A stretch of DNA of 63,396 nucleotides, filler included, from Octopus bimaculoides (GCF_001194135.2; 5 parts of 5 records of this genome joined end to end with filler, not necessarily neighbours in it); one strand, 5' to 3'. Shown: positions 1 through 12,890, counted from the first letter of the whole stretch. Notes: generated by a model from the sequence alone, not told the origin. A program made the numbers and translations.

Positions 1-1299
1 ATATATATTTATATTTGTTTCTGTATGTATATGTACATACTAATGCCCTAGGATTTAGACTTGAAAATTGTTAAGAGATATACTTCTCTTAACACGAAAC
101 TAATGGTAGCCTAGTTAACCCACAAATAGTGTTTGTGTATGTGTGTGTACACAAATATAATGTGAGTGAAAGTATGTAAGTGTATTTGCTGTTGTCTAAT
201 CAACAAAGTTAATGGGACGGGTAATGTCCAAGTGAAACATTACATTTCTATTCCACTCAAACTTGTTACAATCTTTTCTAACATGAATGTAGATATTGTG
301 CCAATACCCTTTATATTAGAAATGCCAACATCAACTTCATCATTATAAACTCTGAGGATGAAAGCGTTATTATGAATACTGTCCTCCAAGAAAGATCTTC
401 AAAAAAACCTCGTGGTCCGGTGAATGGAAATTTTAAGAAAAATTTCTGCGCACTCGTGTATTGAGGGAGTCTGTGCATAGGACATATCGTTGCATAATAT
501 TAACAAAAGTTGCATTGCAAGTGAGCTGTTTAAAACAGCTCAGGATAACAAACACCGAGAGCTGATTTTTGCAAGATTCAGAATCCTGATACTTGTAGAA
601 ACTCCTGCCATTCTCTAGCAGACTAACAGGAACATTCATAGGCACTCATCACCTCAGAAGCTAGATCGAATGTCAAATGTCTCTCTTTATGTCTCATACT
701 CCATGAAACTCTAACTAAAGTCACCCGATAGAACAAGGAAAAAAAAAAAAAAAACAGCATCATTTGACAGGTAGACCAACACAAACGGCAGGCTCCTGAC
801 TGATATATGACACAAAACAATCCCTTATTATAGAACCTAATAGGGCTGTGTCAAGATCTTCGGATCGAATTTCAATCCGCACTCCGTACTCTGAGAAATC
901 GACGGTGGATTGCAAAACTCGAGAAATCTACTTGCATACAGACTGATTTAATATGGATAATTACCAATATTCCTGAAGGCCCAGTCATTTATTGCGGATC
1001 GAAATAGCAAACATTTCAACCCGATTCGAAACCAATAACACCTATAGAGAAATTTTGTGTCATACCTATAATCCATGTCGCTAACGAAACGCTCAACACT
1101 GCTGATGTTTAAGTGCTACTATCAAATATATTTACACACACAAACACACGCGCGCGCACACAATTCCATCACTACTACCACAAAGGTATTTACTAACCAT
1201 TGATGTAGTAATATATATTTTCATAAATCTGAGAATCGAATGACGCTAACAAACTTTCTATTGATAGCAACACCAATGATATATTAGTTACAACACATA

Positions 1300-1600
1300 C
1301 AACATATTGATTATTGCACAATATATTGACTATAATACTTACATATCAAATACAACATTATATATTGATCATAAAACTTATATATTGAATATAACACAAT
1401 ATATTGATTATAACATATAGATATATTATGATAATATAATTAGTATGTGATTATATTTAAAATATACTAATTTGAGCATTTGCAATATGTCGATCACAAT
1501 ATATACTGATTGCCTCAGTATATCGACTATGTAATACCTATAGTGTATTCATCATAATGTCTATAATATATTGAATATAATATCTACTGTGTTATGGTTA
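1300..1600. repeat. Degenerate AT-rich minisatellite, ~19-20 bp unit (ATATATTGATTATAACACA-like)
   Basis: Recurring ATATATTGAN motif at roughly 20-bp spacing between 1303 and 1580. Confidence 0.6.
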
Positions 1601-2938
1601 TAACCTATGAAATATATATTGTAACAATAACAATAAATTTATTATATACTCGTGCATCGATTTAAAATCTAACACTGTACTGATTGAGAAGAAATATAAC
1701 AGAGTGATTATAAATCTAGTTGCTTCTAGATAAGCAATCGATAAACCAATTATGATAATTCAGTGTCCTTTAATCCAGTATCTCGGTATTCCAACAACCC
1801 ATTATCAACTTCAAGCAGTTGATTAATACGTGATAATCTACTGGTTGTTATATACATCCAAGCCAATGTTTATTAGTATCAACAACCCTGTTACCATGAC
1901 AATATATTCTACAGTGTTTGTAACTTCATTGACTAAAGAGCGTAAAGAGCGGATTGTAATTAAAAAAAGAAAAAAAATTGCCAGAAACTATTGGAAGCCC
2001 GGATGTTAAATTAGTCAACGTAAACTAAAGAATAAGTGCAATGCCTACTGGGGAGCAGGTGCGAATATATAAGAAGTAGAGGGAGGAGGAGGAGAAGAAG
2101 AAAAGAAGGATGGAGACATAGAGAGATGGGGAGGGTTGTCAGGTGTGTTCTTGGCGATGCGATAAAAGTTGCTTTTCAATAGAATTGCTGGAGACATCTT
2201 TTTGTCAGAAAATATGACGAAAATGAGGTATAACAACAACAACGATATTAATAACGATATCATTAATAACCAATAAACAAGAGTACGAAGAAAAATGAGA
2301 ATTTTTAACAAATAAATATATAAACTGGTGAACAGCAAATATAGTTCTCTAACGTTATCATTATTATTATTATTATTATTATTGTTGCTGTTGTTGTTGT
2401 TGTTATTATTGCTTTTTCTTTTTTTGCAATCAAAATATCGACGAGACAGAAATTTGAAGCTATTATCAAATTTTTCTGAAGTGAAAAATCTAAAAGTAAA
2501 AAATAAAATATAAATAAAATAAACCAAAAGAAAAAAACGAAAAATTAAACACAAAAATTATGTAGAGATAATTTTTTAAAAAAATAGATAAAATTAAATA
2601 GATCATTTCAGAAAAAAATGTTATAAAAAGGAAAAATTGCAACAACAAAAAATGCTGAAATATGACTTAATAATAATAATGATAAAAATAAGCTTCCATT
2701 ACTATACAAATATGTGCATGAACGTACACGCGTACACGCGCGCACACGCACGCACACGCACGCACACACACACACACACAGATATAGATAGATGTATAAA
2801 TTGCTTGAGTTAAAGATGGATAGATAGATAGCTACATATGTGTGTAGACCTATATAAAATTATGCTATCAACAATTTTTTTGATATAATTGTATATAATT
2901 AATATAAAATATATATGCATAAAATTTTGTGAGTTTGA

Positions 2939-2986
<48 letters not shown>

Positions 2987-3281
2987 CATATACACCCGTA
3001 TGTATTAGCGAACGTGACAAACAATACTTATTAAAAAACATTAAAGCGTAACTAAATCAATAATTGAGCTATTAGCCAATACGCGGAGTTTCGATGCAAG
3101 TCTGCCCATCGTTACAGAGTTCTCGTCACTGAAAAGAAATATGTGCATGCATATATGTGTGTGTGTGTGTGTGTCTCACAGACACGTGTGTGCATATATA
3201 TGTGTTTTGAGCCTGCGATGTGGTGGACAACCACAGTATAGTAATAAATTAGGTTTAATAAAACATGAGATAAAATAGGTG

Positions 3282-3360
3282 GAACAGTGCGTTCGGCCCC
3301 ATCGGGTATAACTCAGGGAATGTTTCAATCTTATAAGACCTCATCAGCGAAACGCAGTTC
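3282..3360 (-). ncRNA. Decayed type I hammerhead-ribozyme-like motif (Penelope-like element remnant)
   Basis: Minus strand reads CTGATGA-GGTCTTATAAGATT-GAAAC. It is closed by a long helix, GAACTGCGTTTCG / CGAACGCACTGTTC. The cleavage triplet is not canonical. Confidence 0.45.
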
Positions 3361-3890
3361 AGCCGCTATTTTAGATCTTAAACGGTTATAGAAGTACATA
3401 GGATTTTTTTTTTTGATTAAGCATACAGTCATTATAAAATACAATATTGACAGTGGTAATATATCCACGGACACTAACTACATCAAGTTTCAGAGTAAAA
3501 CGAAAGCATGCTTAAATAAATATACTTTATTAAGTGGATATAAAATACATATAAATTATATAAATTAGCTATGCGTGATTCGATAAATACATATGTCTAA
3601 CTGTATAATATCTATACGTGTGTGTGTATATATATATAAATATACACACACACACACACATACATGGATTTACATACGTGTACATTCAGACTGAAAAGTC
3701 CATAAATTTATAGTGTAATATGTATGCGCATCTTGAATAAAATTTTAAAGAACATTCACTTAATTTCGTATGTAAATATATTTTCCGCAGACAATATATA
3801 AATTATCAAGTTGCAAATTAATATACAAGCACACATACATATATATGCATACACATATATATATACACGAACACACACACACACACATAT

Positions 3891-4061
3891 AGTAGCAGTG
3901 TGGTAAGTAGCTTGCTTACAAACCACAAAGTTCTGGGTTCAGTCCCACTGCGTAGGCCTTTGTGCAGGTGTCTTCTACTTTAGTTTCGGGTCGACCAAAG
4001 CCTTGTGAGTGGATTTGGTGGACGGAAACTGAAAGAAGCCCGTCGTACGTACACGTACGCG

Positions 4062-4095
<34 letters not shown>

Positions 4096-4128
4096 TTTAT
4101 ATGTAAATATTTGAAGAGGAACACACGA

Positions 4129-4170
<42 letters not shown>

Positions 4171-4515
4171 AAACAAGACAAAGTAGAAAATGCTAAAATA
4201 CTTTTGTAAAGAAGATTACAGTAATGTTCCTTATAAAAGTATTTTAGCATTTTTTACTTGTCTTTTTCCCACATATATTTATATATATATGTGTGTATGT
4301 ACGTATGTTTGTATGTATGTGTGTATGACGCCCCAGCATCACTTGACAACCGATGGTGGTGTGTTCAGGCCCCTGTAACTTAGAGGTTCGGCAAAGTAGT
4401 CCTATACAATAAGTATTAGGCTTTAAAAAAATAAATCCTGGGGTCGATTTGCTCAACCAAAGCCGGTGCTCCAGCACGACCACAGTCAAATGACTGAAAC
4501 AAATAAAGGAAAGAA
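3891..4515 (+). mobile_element. tRNA-derived SINE, octopus OR/OK-like family 1 (CORE-like central domain), with internal microsatellite
   Basis: Head GTGTGGTAAGTAGCTTGC...GGGTTCAGTCCCACTGCG (A/B-box-like), core GACCAAAGCCTTGTGAGTGGATTTGG...GAAACTGAAAGAAGCCCGTCG, tail GCTCCAGCACGACCACAGTCAAATGACTGAAACAA; many copies in the window. Confidence 0.85.
4165..4276. mobile_element. Palindromic MITE-like insert in the (TA)n tract of the SINE
   Basis: GACAAAGTAGAAAATGCTAAAATACTTTTGTAAAGAA pairs with TTCCTTATAAAAGTATTTTAGCATTTTTTACTTGTC around a central ATTAC-A-GTAAT. Confidence 0.55.
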
Positions 4516-4543
4516 TATGTATATATGTACATATATACATACT

Positions 4544-4576
<33 letters not shown>

Positions 4577-4867
4577 NNNNNNNNNNNNNNNNNNNNNNNN
4601 NNNNNNNNNNNNNNNNNNNNNNNNNNNNNNNNNNNNNNNNNNNNNNNNNNNNNNNNNNNNNNNNNNNNNNNNNNNNATGTATGTATGTATATGTATATAT
4701 ATATATCTCACGGTCAGCCTTCAACTATTTCTTTCTGTCCAAGATATTGTAAGTCAAGATTTACACGCTAATGCTTACAGCTTTATCTACTTCGAGTTCG
4801 GACGTTAAATACCAGTGATTTGGGTTTCTGTAGTATATACTAAACCTATCAATCTATCTACACACAC

Positions 4868-4963
<96 letters not shown>

Positions 4964-5398
4964 CTCTGATCACCCAAAGGATGACACGTTAACAAGAATA
5001 AGTTGACACCACGCGGCCGGGTATGTGTACATATGTGTAAATAAATACATATGTGTACGTGTACGCATGTTTATCCATCCACCCACCCTGTCTATTATAT
5101 ATACATTTATATATTTCTTAACATATAAAGACATACAGACATATATATATGTAGCATCGTCATTGACACCAATGCATATAAATATATATATACACAAACG
5201 AAAGTAAATGATAAAGCAGAATCAAATGAACAATGATGCTGACGGTGATTCTGAAGTTTCCATCTGCTTGTTCTTCCTCGGCAGTCCGACGAAAGATACT
5301 ACGCTTTTTGTAAAGTAAAATAACAATAGAATCTACGTCTTAAGTGTTGGATAACTTTTGTGTTTAAAGTCAAATTGTTTCTATCAAAACTCGACATG

Positions 5399-5597
5399 AA
5401 GTACTGCTGGTAGAAACGGTAGCACGTCGGACAAAATGCATATCGGCATTTCGTCCGTGTTGACGTTCTGAGCTCAAATTCCGTCGAGCTCGACTTTGCA
5501 TTTTACCAATTTCGGCCTCGGTACCAATTGAAAACTGGAGTCGATGTAATCGTCTCATCCTCCCCCCTTCGAAATTGCTGGCCTTGTTCCAAAATTG
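5399..5597 (+). mobile_element. tRNA-derived SINE family 2 (Meta-domain-like)
   Basis: GTTCTGAGCTCAAATTCCGTCGAGCTCGACTTTGC...CTGGAGTCGATGTAATCG...AAATTGCTGGCCTTGTTCCAAAA; related to the copy at 57987-58216. Confidence 0.75.
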
Positions 5598-5818
5598 GTG
5601 ACCAATATATATAGACACACTATAAATGTATGTGTGTGTTGTGTATGTGTAGACATGCACACTGTTATATCAAATACTAGATAACGCTAGGGAATATTAA
5701 CTAAACATTAATCAATTCTTAAATAATACTACTAGTAATATGTACGCATACATATACACATACACACATATATATACACACACATACACTATGTTTATAT
5801 ATATATATATATATAATA

Positions 5819-5850
<32 letters not shown>

Positions 5851-6529
5851 TATATAGCTCTGTAGGTGTGTCCATGGTCATGTGGTTAAGAAGTGGATGA
5901 TATATGTATATGCATAGAGGAGTGTACAGCACCTCCTGGAGGCATTAACGCGACTACGGTTTGGGTGAAGCGTTAACGCAGTTCCTGTAGCACGCACGCA
6001 CGTACGCTCGCTCTCACACACAGGTCATTATTTGATGTGACTTGCAATTAATTGGTAGTTTCTCTCTCAACATCCCTCTCTTTCTCTCCTTTTGTAGCTG
6101 TGTATGTACCATCATCATTATGTCTTCTTAATGTCCACGTTTGCATGCATGGGTCGGATGGAATTCGCTGCGCTAGATATTCTACATCCGGATTCACTGC
6201 CTGTCGCTATCTCTCACTCGTTTCCATTCCAGGTAATATTTCCCCACGGCCGGACATGTCCTCACGGAAGATTGGCACGAGTTGTTGTGTAGCCTTGACC
6301 TCGGTCCATGTTGGCACGCTAAGTTCTTAGCAACGACATGATGATGTCTGCCTCTCTGTCTGTCTGTCTCGCTCTCTCATATATATACACACACATACAC
6401 ACACACGAAATGGAGACGATGTTCTATGTGATAATTGTTGCAGGACATCCATTAACATGAAATCAATGGTGCCCTTAATCCATAAATAAAAGAATTCTTA
6501 TCCACCAATGCACTCATTTTCATTGTTCA

Positions 6530-6562
<33 letters not shown>

Positions 6563-6976
6563 GCATGCTTATTCGCCAGCACACATATACCTTAGAAACT
6601 CTTATACTTATAACATCTTTGAGTATATTCCTGTATTTCTTTACCATGTGCTTTAAAACAGAAGAATTTCGACACTTGACTGAAACATGTACGTATGTGA
6701 GAAAACACACATGTATGTGTGTCAGAATATCTTTTTATGTCAAGATGTACTTCAGAACCTTTAATTAGTTTCATAAGCACATTATCGAGTTGGTTGAATG
6801 TACTCTTCTATACACACATACAAACATGCGAACACACACACCAAACACGTGTTTCTGTTTCTGCCTTAGAGATCATCATCATCATCCTTGCACATGTTCG
6901 GTCCGCTGCCGGTCGAATGTCACAGCACGTTCTTTCCACCAACCACGGTCTCTCTCTCTCTCTCTTACACACACAC

Positions 6977-7137
6977 AGTGTCTTCTACTATAGCCTCGGG
7001 CCGAACAAAACTTTGTGAGTGAATTTGGTAGACGGAAACTGAAAGAAGCCTGTTGTACACACACACATATATGCATTGCTTGTTGTTTATACACCTGTCT
7101 TCGTCTTCTGTAAATTTCAACTTTATATATATGTATA

Positions 7138-7227
<90 letters not shown>

Positions 7228-7425
7228 TGTGTATGTAGGTGTATGTTTGTGTCTCTGACAACACATGTTGGTGTGCTTACGTCACCGTAACTTAGCGGTT
7301 TGGCAAAATAGACCGATAGAATAAGTGCTAGGCTTACAAAGAATAAGTCCCGGGTCGATTTCCACGACTAAAGGCCATGCCCCAGCATGGCCGCAGTCAA
7401 ATGACTGAAACAAAAGAACAAAAGT
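6977..7425 (+). mobile_element. SINE family 1, 5'-truncated, with internal microsatellite
   Basis: GTGTCTTCTACTATAGCCTCGGGCCGA... core and ...GCATGGCCGCAGTCAAATGACTGAAACAA tail. Confidence 0.8.
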
Positions 7426-7426
7426 A

Positions 7427-7473
<47 letters not shown>

Positions 7474-8502
7474 TTGCGTGTCAGTAAATACACATTATTA
7501 TTAATGAGAAATATGTGTCTAATTATAATTATATGTGATTTAAAGTATATATATATTTGTGTTTGTAAAGTCAAAATGGCGACTGTGTCAACTGAAGCTC
7601 TCTTACGTTCCACGTAAGCGAACATATTAAATACGTATCCATTTACACTTAGAAAAAAAGAGGGAAAAAGCTGTGCAATTATCAATTATTAATTAAGAAA
7701 CCCGCGTGAAATGCCCAAAATTTCACGCCTCGGCATCACATGACCACGTTAACGTGAGGAATGACGAGCTAACACATCACCACTACTGTCTAGCAGACAA
7801 ACAAATGTGTTTATCGAGCGCTGATATCAAACTTGATATAAGGCTTGCAAAGACAACATAGGCCATGGCAATGAACGCTGTTAACAATATATATGTTCTA
7901 TATAAGCGATGACAGCATTCGGTTCGCAAAGACACTGTTTTACTCCCTCGACTTCTCAGTCACATGCCTGGCAAATACTTAAGGATCACGACACAGCATT
8001 TGCTACAAAATAATGATAATAATAATAATGATAATAATAATAATGATAATAATAATAATGATAATAATAACAACAACAATAACTTAAGGAATATCTCCCC
8101 ATCTTTCATGTTTTTAATGTCTATTCTTATTCAATTTTTTTTTTTAATAAAGGATCGTACTGATAATTGAGTGACGAAAATGGGTGACGACAGTAAATGT
8201 TTGAGAAAATCCTCGATATTGTTGAAGATTAAGTATCACTGGAAACCTGAGAGTGATGTCTTTTCTGACATCTTTGATCATGAATATATATCTGATCTCA
8301 GTGGATCATCACCATCACCAACGTAAACAAACCAACACTGATTGTCAAGCGGTGATTGGATTGGTTTGGAGATGGGCAAATACACAAAACTTAAATCAGT
8401 GCTCAGAATATACACAAATACGGGATGACAATGTCTTTAATATCTTTAATTATAGGTGTTGACTGGCACAAAACGGATCTGGGGCTAGGAATCATATATT
8501 GG

Positions 8503-8620
8503 CTTCAGATTTTTGGCACAAGGCCATTAATTTCGGGGGAGGGACTAAATCAGTTGCATCGATCCCTCCTGTGCTCAACATGTACCGACCCCGAGAGAAT
8601 GAAAAGTCGACCTCGAAAGA
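8503..8620 (-). mobile_element. SINE family 2 fragment
   Basis: TTTTGGCACAAGGCC...GACCCCGAGAGAATGAAAAGTCGACCTCG, reverse complement of family 2. Confidence 0.65.
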
Positions 8621-8706
8621 CATTATATATTGATAAACGTTAGATACACGTACAGACATTCACAATTAGTCACAGATACAACGCGCACACACGCGCACAC
8701 ACGCAC

Positions 8707-8737
<31 letters not shown>

Positions 8738-8739
8738 TC

Positions 8740-9024
8740 ATTTGTTTCAGTTATTGGACTTCAAAGTTTTTGGACATAGATCGACCGTAGTACCTACTTT
8801 GTTTTTAAAGACTGGTACTTCATCTACCACACGCTTATACAGAAACCCTAAGTTAAGGAGATGTAAATTAACTAACGCCGGTTGTCCCACACACACACAA
8901 GACGGGCTTTCATTCAGTTTTCATCCACCAAATTCACTCTGCCCAAGGTTTACACCTTGTAACTGAACTTGGAAGCATGTGGTTGCACAGCGAGCTTCTT
9001 CAGCACACTACCACGCCTGCGTTT
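8740..9024 (-). mobile_element. SINE family 1, old copy
   Basis: TTTGTTTCAGTTATTGGACT... and GACGGGCTTTCATTCAGTTTTCATCCACCAAATTCACTC...ACTGAACTTGGAAGCATGTGGTTG. Confidence 0.6.
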
Positions 9025-9026
9025 AT

Positions 9027-9068
<42 letters not shown>

Positions 9069-9597
9069 GAGTGTGTGTGCGTACATTCATACACACATAT
9101 ACACATACGTATAAGCGCAGGCTTATACGTATAAAATGCGTGTGTATTTGCGTTTACAGATAGATTGATAGATAACTCGATACACAATTGAATAAAATAT
9201 TTAAGTCTTCTTTTAATCAATTGGCTCATTAAGGAAATAAACAATAAACATCGTGCAAGTTGCCACATTCTTGTTAATTGATAGATTAATTCAATTAGAA
9301 TACTACTTATTGCCACAAACTCTGCCATGTTGCCAAGGTAACTGATTTCTGAAACAACAACAACATCTGTCATCTATTCGTTCTTATCTTTTACGCACGA
9401 GATTTTAGTATTGAAAAAAGAAAAAAAAAAAAGAAAAGAAAAAGAAAAAGTTATCGCTAAACACGCAAAGCATGGCAGATACAAACAAAGAGACGCAACG
9501 GGATGTGGTGGCAGTAATGGCATTACGCATCGCACATGCACTTAAAATAAGACCTTCGCAAATATGACGGAAGCGTGTATTTTTCTTGGAAAGATTA

Positions 9598-9800
9598 GCA
9601 GTCATTTGACTGCGGCCATGCTGGAGCACCGCCTTTTGTCGAAGAAATCGATCCCAGGACATATCTTTGTAAGCCTAGTACTTATTCTATCGGTTTCTTT
9701 TACCGAACCGCTAAGTTATGGAGACATAAACACACCAACGTCGCTGTCAAGCGATGGTGTGTGTGTGTGTGGGGGGGGTGCAAACACAGACACACATACA
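9598..9800 (-). mobile_element. SINE family 1, 3' half
   Basis: AGTCATTTGACTGCGGCCATGCTGGAGCACCGCC...CCGAACCGCTAAGTTATGGAGACATAAACACACC. Confidence 0.85.
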
Positions 9801-9851
9801 TACNNNNNNNNNNCTTGCTTTTTCTTTCCCTTGTTTTTGGCTCCCACTTAC

Positions 9852-9947
9852 CTGGTGCCAAACACTCCCAGCTTCCTCGCCACATGCTTCCATCTTCTCA
9901 TGAATCTGTCTCGTGACAGATACCTCTTCTCCAGCCTGATCTTACTA
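9852..9947 (-). CDS. Orphan internal coding-exon candidate, 96 nt, phase 2-2: SKIRLEKRYLSRDRFMRRWKHVARKLGVFGT
   Basis: Acceptor TTAACTTTTTTCGTTACCCCCTCAG (with CAG-TAG NAGNAG option), consensus donor CAG|GTAAGT, open frame, length divisible by 3, non-repetitive purine-rich sequence. Protein family not recognised. Confidence 0.6.
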
Positions 9948-10019
9948 CTGAGGGGGTAACGAAAAAAGTTAATTAACCCCTGGCCAGATACAAAGGTATC
10001 CGTCACTATGCCTCTTACA

Positions 10020-10144
10020 CGCGTCTTCCATACTGGACCACCACCTTAAGAGGTTTTCGTCGAACAAATCGACTCCGGGACTTGTACTTAATCTATCGGT
10101 TCCTTGTGCCGAACCGCAAGCTATGGAGACATGAACACACGTAC
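10020..10144 (-). mobile_element. SINE family 1 fragment running into a gap
   Basis: ACCACCTTAAGAGGTTTTCGTCGAACAAATCGACTCC...GCCGAACCGCAAGCTATGGAGACATGAACACAC. Confidence 0.65.
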
Positions 10145-11973
10145 NNNNNNNNNNNNNNNNNNNNNNNNNNNNNNNNNNNNNNNNNNNNNNNNNNNNNNNN
10201 NNNNNNNNNNNNNNNNNNNNNNNNNNNNNNNNNNNNNNNNNNNNNNNNNNNNNNNNNNNNNNNNNNNNNNNNNNNNNNNNNNNNNNNNNNNNNNNNNNNN
10301 NNNNNNNNNNNNNNNNNNNNNNNNNNNNNNNNNNNNNNNNNNNNNNNNNNNNNNNNNNNNNNNNNNNNNNNNNNNNNNNNNNNNNNNNNNNNNNNNNNNN
10401 NNNNNNNNNNNNNNNNNNNNNNNNNNNNNNNNNNNNNNNNNNNNNNNNNNNNNNNNNNNNNNNNNNNNNNNNNNNNNNNNNNNNNNNNNNNNNNNNNNNN
10501 NNNNNNNNNNNNNNNNNNNNNNNNNNNNNNNNNNNNNNNNNNNNNNNNNNTATATATATATATATACACACACACACACATACACATAGTCGTATTTATA
10601 TATAAATACAGGGGAGAGAAAGGCGGAAGTGAGAATGAGAGAGGGAAAAAAAAAAAAGAAAACTGATAGGTACTGAGAAACAGTGTGTGCGTGTGTGTCA
10701 CCACGGAGAATAATTCCGTTATCTTTTGATGATTGTTTCATATAATTTTATTTTTAAAAAGTAATAGATTTTCTTTTTATTTTTGAAAATAATCAGCAGT
10801 TTTATTGTAAGAAGCACTGAGAATAAAAGTAGTAGTAGTTTGTAGTAGTCATTAAAATAAATTATAAATCAAAAATGGAGAAATATGATGATTAATGATT
10901 AAGACGCCGTGTCAATGGTGAAAAGAGTCGATCACCCTTCCCCCTTAACAATCCCAAATTCCCATCCCCAAATGCTATGAATACCTAATTGTGTGTCGAG
11001 GTATGTGTCCTAAATATATATACACTTCTTTATTCATTGAGAATAAACAATTTGCTTAGTAGCAACGACCCATAGCAGCCAAAACAACTTCGGGTGGACG
11101 GAGGAGGCACACAAAGTTTTTTGTTAGGCTTCACTAACCACTGAGTGACCATCGGGACATTTAGTAAATGAGGAGCCGAACTGTGTTTTTCTGTTTGTTT
11201 GTTTGTTTGTAATAGTGTGGAGACGGGGGAAGGAAAGCATAAATGACGTACCGGTTATTTAGTATTAGCTCGTCCGTCGTCGTCGACGATGATCAAGTGC
11301 ATCACATAGAGGAGAAAACGGGATAGTGTGTGTCTGGCAGTTTGATGTACGAGTAGAAAAAATAACACACACACACACACACACACATACATATATACAT
11401 ACATACATGCATACAGATGGTGCTTTATTGTATTCTGACCCTTTAGCATTTGAGCTAATATCCTATCAACGTCATCATCGTCTTTCAGGGATCGATAAAA
11501 TAATTATCAGTCAAGTACTGAAAACAATAGTAGTGACAAACCCCTGACCTCCCAAATTGCTGGCTGTGTGTGTGTATCTGTATGTGTGTGTGTGTGTGTA
11601 TACACAATACATACATACGTGGATGAATAGATGAAGAGTTGTTAACGGCTCGGTATGATGGGGAAGGAGATGACGAACAAATAAATAAGAGGGAGAAAGC
11701 AAAATGAAAATGCAAAGGATGGGCCAATCTTGTGAGTGTTAAGTGTGACCTTTTGACATTTCAGCCTGGCCAACATTGTGGTGCTGAAGAATAGCACTGT
11801 CGCATATAGAACTACTGTCAAAACACCCGGATCAACATCTACTCACCCGTAGAAATTACTACCCCGTTTTTGTTTTGTATATATATATTTTTTCTTATCT
11901 ATTTTGAGGTTACTATTTTGTCTTTTGAAAAACTAGTTATTGAGTTTTAGATTTTGTTTTTAAATATTGAAAC

Positions 11974-12041
11974 GTGCAGTACTCCACGTGGGGGAAGGTT
12001 AATGAAGGTGCAGTACTCCACGTGGGGGACGGTTAATGAAG
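11974..12041. repeat. 34-bp tandem duplication containing CCACGTGG
   Basis: GTGCAGTACTCCACGTGGGGGA(A/C)GGTTAATGAAG x2, one mismatch. Confidence 0.9.
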
Positions 12042-12164
12042 GATTTGGGGACACACGAGGGCAACGTTTAATTTGTTCTGTGGTTAATATTTTAGGGGAA
12101 AATTGAACCATGTTAAATTTTATTCACATGAAAAAGATTTATTTACCCTTTATAAATTACTTGT

Positions 12165-12430
12165 TAAAACAGGTAATTAGCCTACAGTCATGCTGGGACA
12201 CCACCTTGAAGTATTTTAGTTAAACTTATCGACCCTAGTACCTAGCCTGGTACTTATTCTATCGATATCTTTGACGAACCGGTAAGTAATGGGAATGTAA
12301 ACACACCATCACCAGTTACTTAGCATTGGTGAGGGACATACATATACTCAAAGACACACGTCAACCAAATCCACTCACAAAGCTTCAGTCTTGCCCATAG
12401 TGTCACGCAGTGGGACTGAACCCAGAACAC
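12165..12430 (-). mobile_element. SINE family 1, old internally deleted copy
   Basis: CAGTCATGCTGGGACACCACCTTGAAG...CCAAATCCACTCACAAAGC...GTGGGACTGAACCCAGAAC. Confidence 0.7.
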
Positions 12431-12539
12431 TACTTATAAATTTTTATTAATTATATTTTACATTTCAATGAATTCCTAAATCTGAGTGCATTTCTCAATA
12501 TGTAATACAATCATGACTGTTGAAATTTAGATGTTCGAT

Positions 12540-12890
12540 TCATAAGCACGCGGTTTTGGATTCAATCTCAACAGCAAGGACCTCGGACAAGTATCTTCTA
12601 CTATCCCCCACAGCTCACCAATGTCTTGTGAGTGAATTTGGTAGAGGGAAATGGTCCGCAAAATCGTCGTATATGCATGTGAACTTTTGTGTTTCGTATC
12701 TCATTGCTTGATAATTGGTATCAGTTTGTTTATTTCCTTATAACTTAACAGTTTCGTAAAAGGAAACCGATAGAACGAGTACCAGACTTTATATAACTAG
12801 TAATGTGGTTGATTTCCTCAACTGAACTCTTCAGGGCGGAGTTGTAACTCGGCCGCAATCCAATGACAGAAACAAGTAAAAGAATAAGAT
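12540..12890 (+). mobile_element. SINE family 1, old copy
   Basis: GGACCTCGGACAAGTATCTTCTACTAT...CTTGTGAGTGAATTTGGTAGA...GGCCGCAATCCAATGACAGAAACAAGTAAAAG. Confidence 0.65.

Noticed and set aside
2045-2554. 169-aa minus-strand ORF
   Set aside because: Built from A/T-rich and (AAT/AAC)n sequence; no coding-like composition
8180-8326. 48-aa ORF MGDDSKC...SGSSPSPT
   Set aside because: No splice signals or recognisable motif; length is compatible with chance
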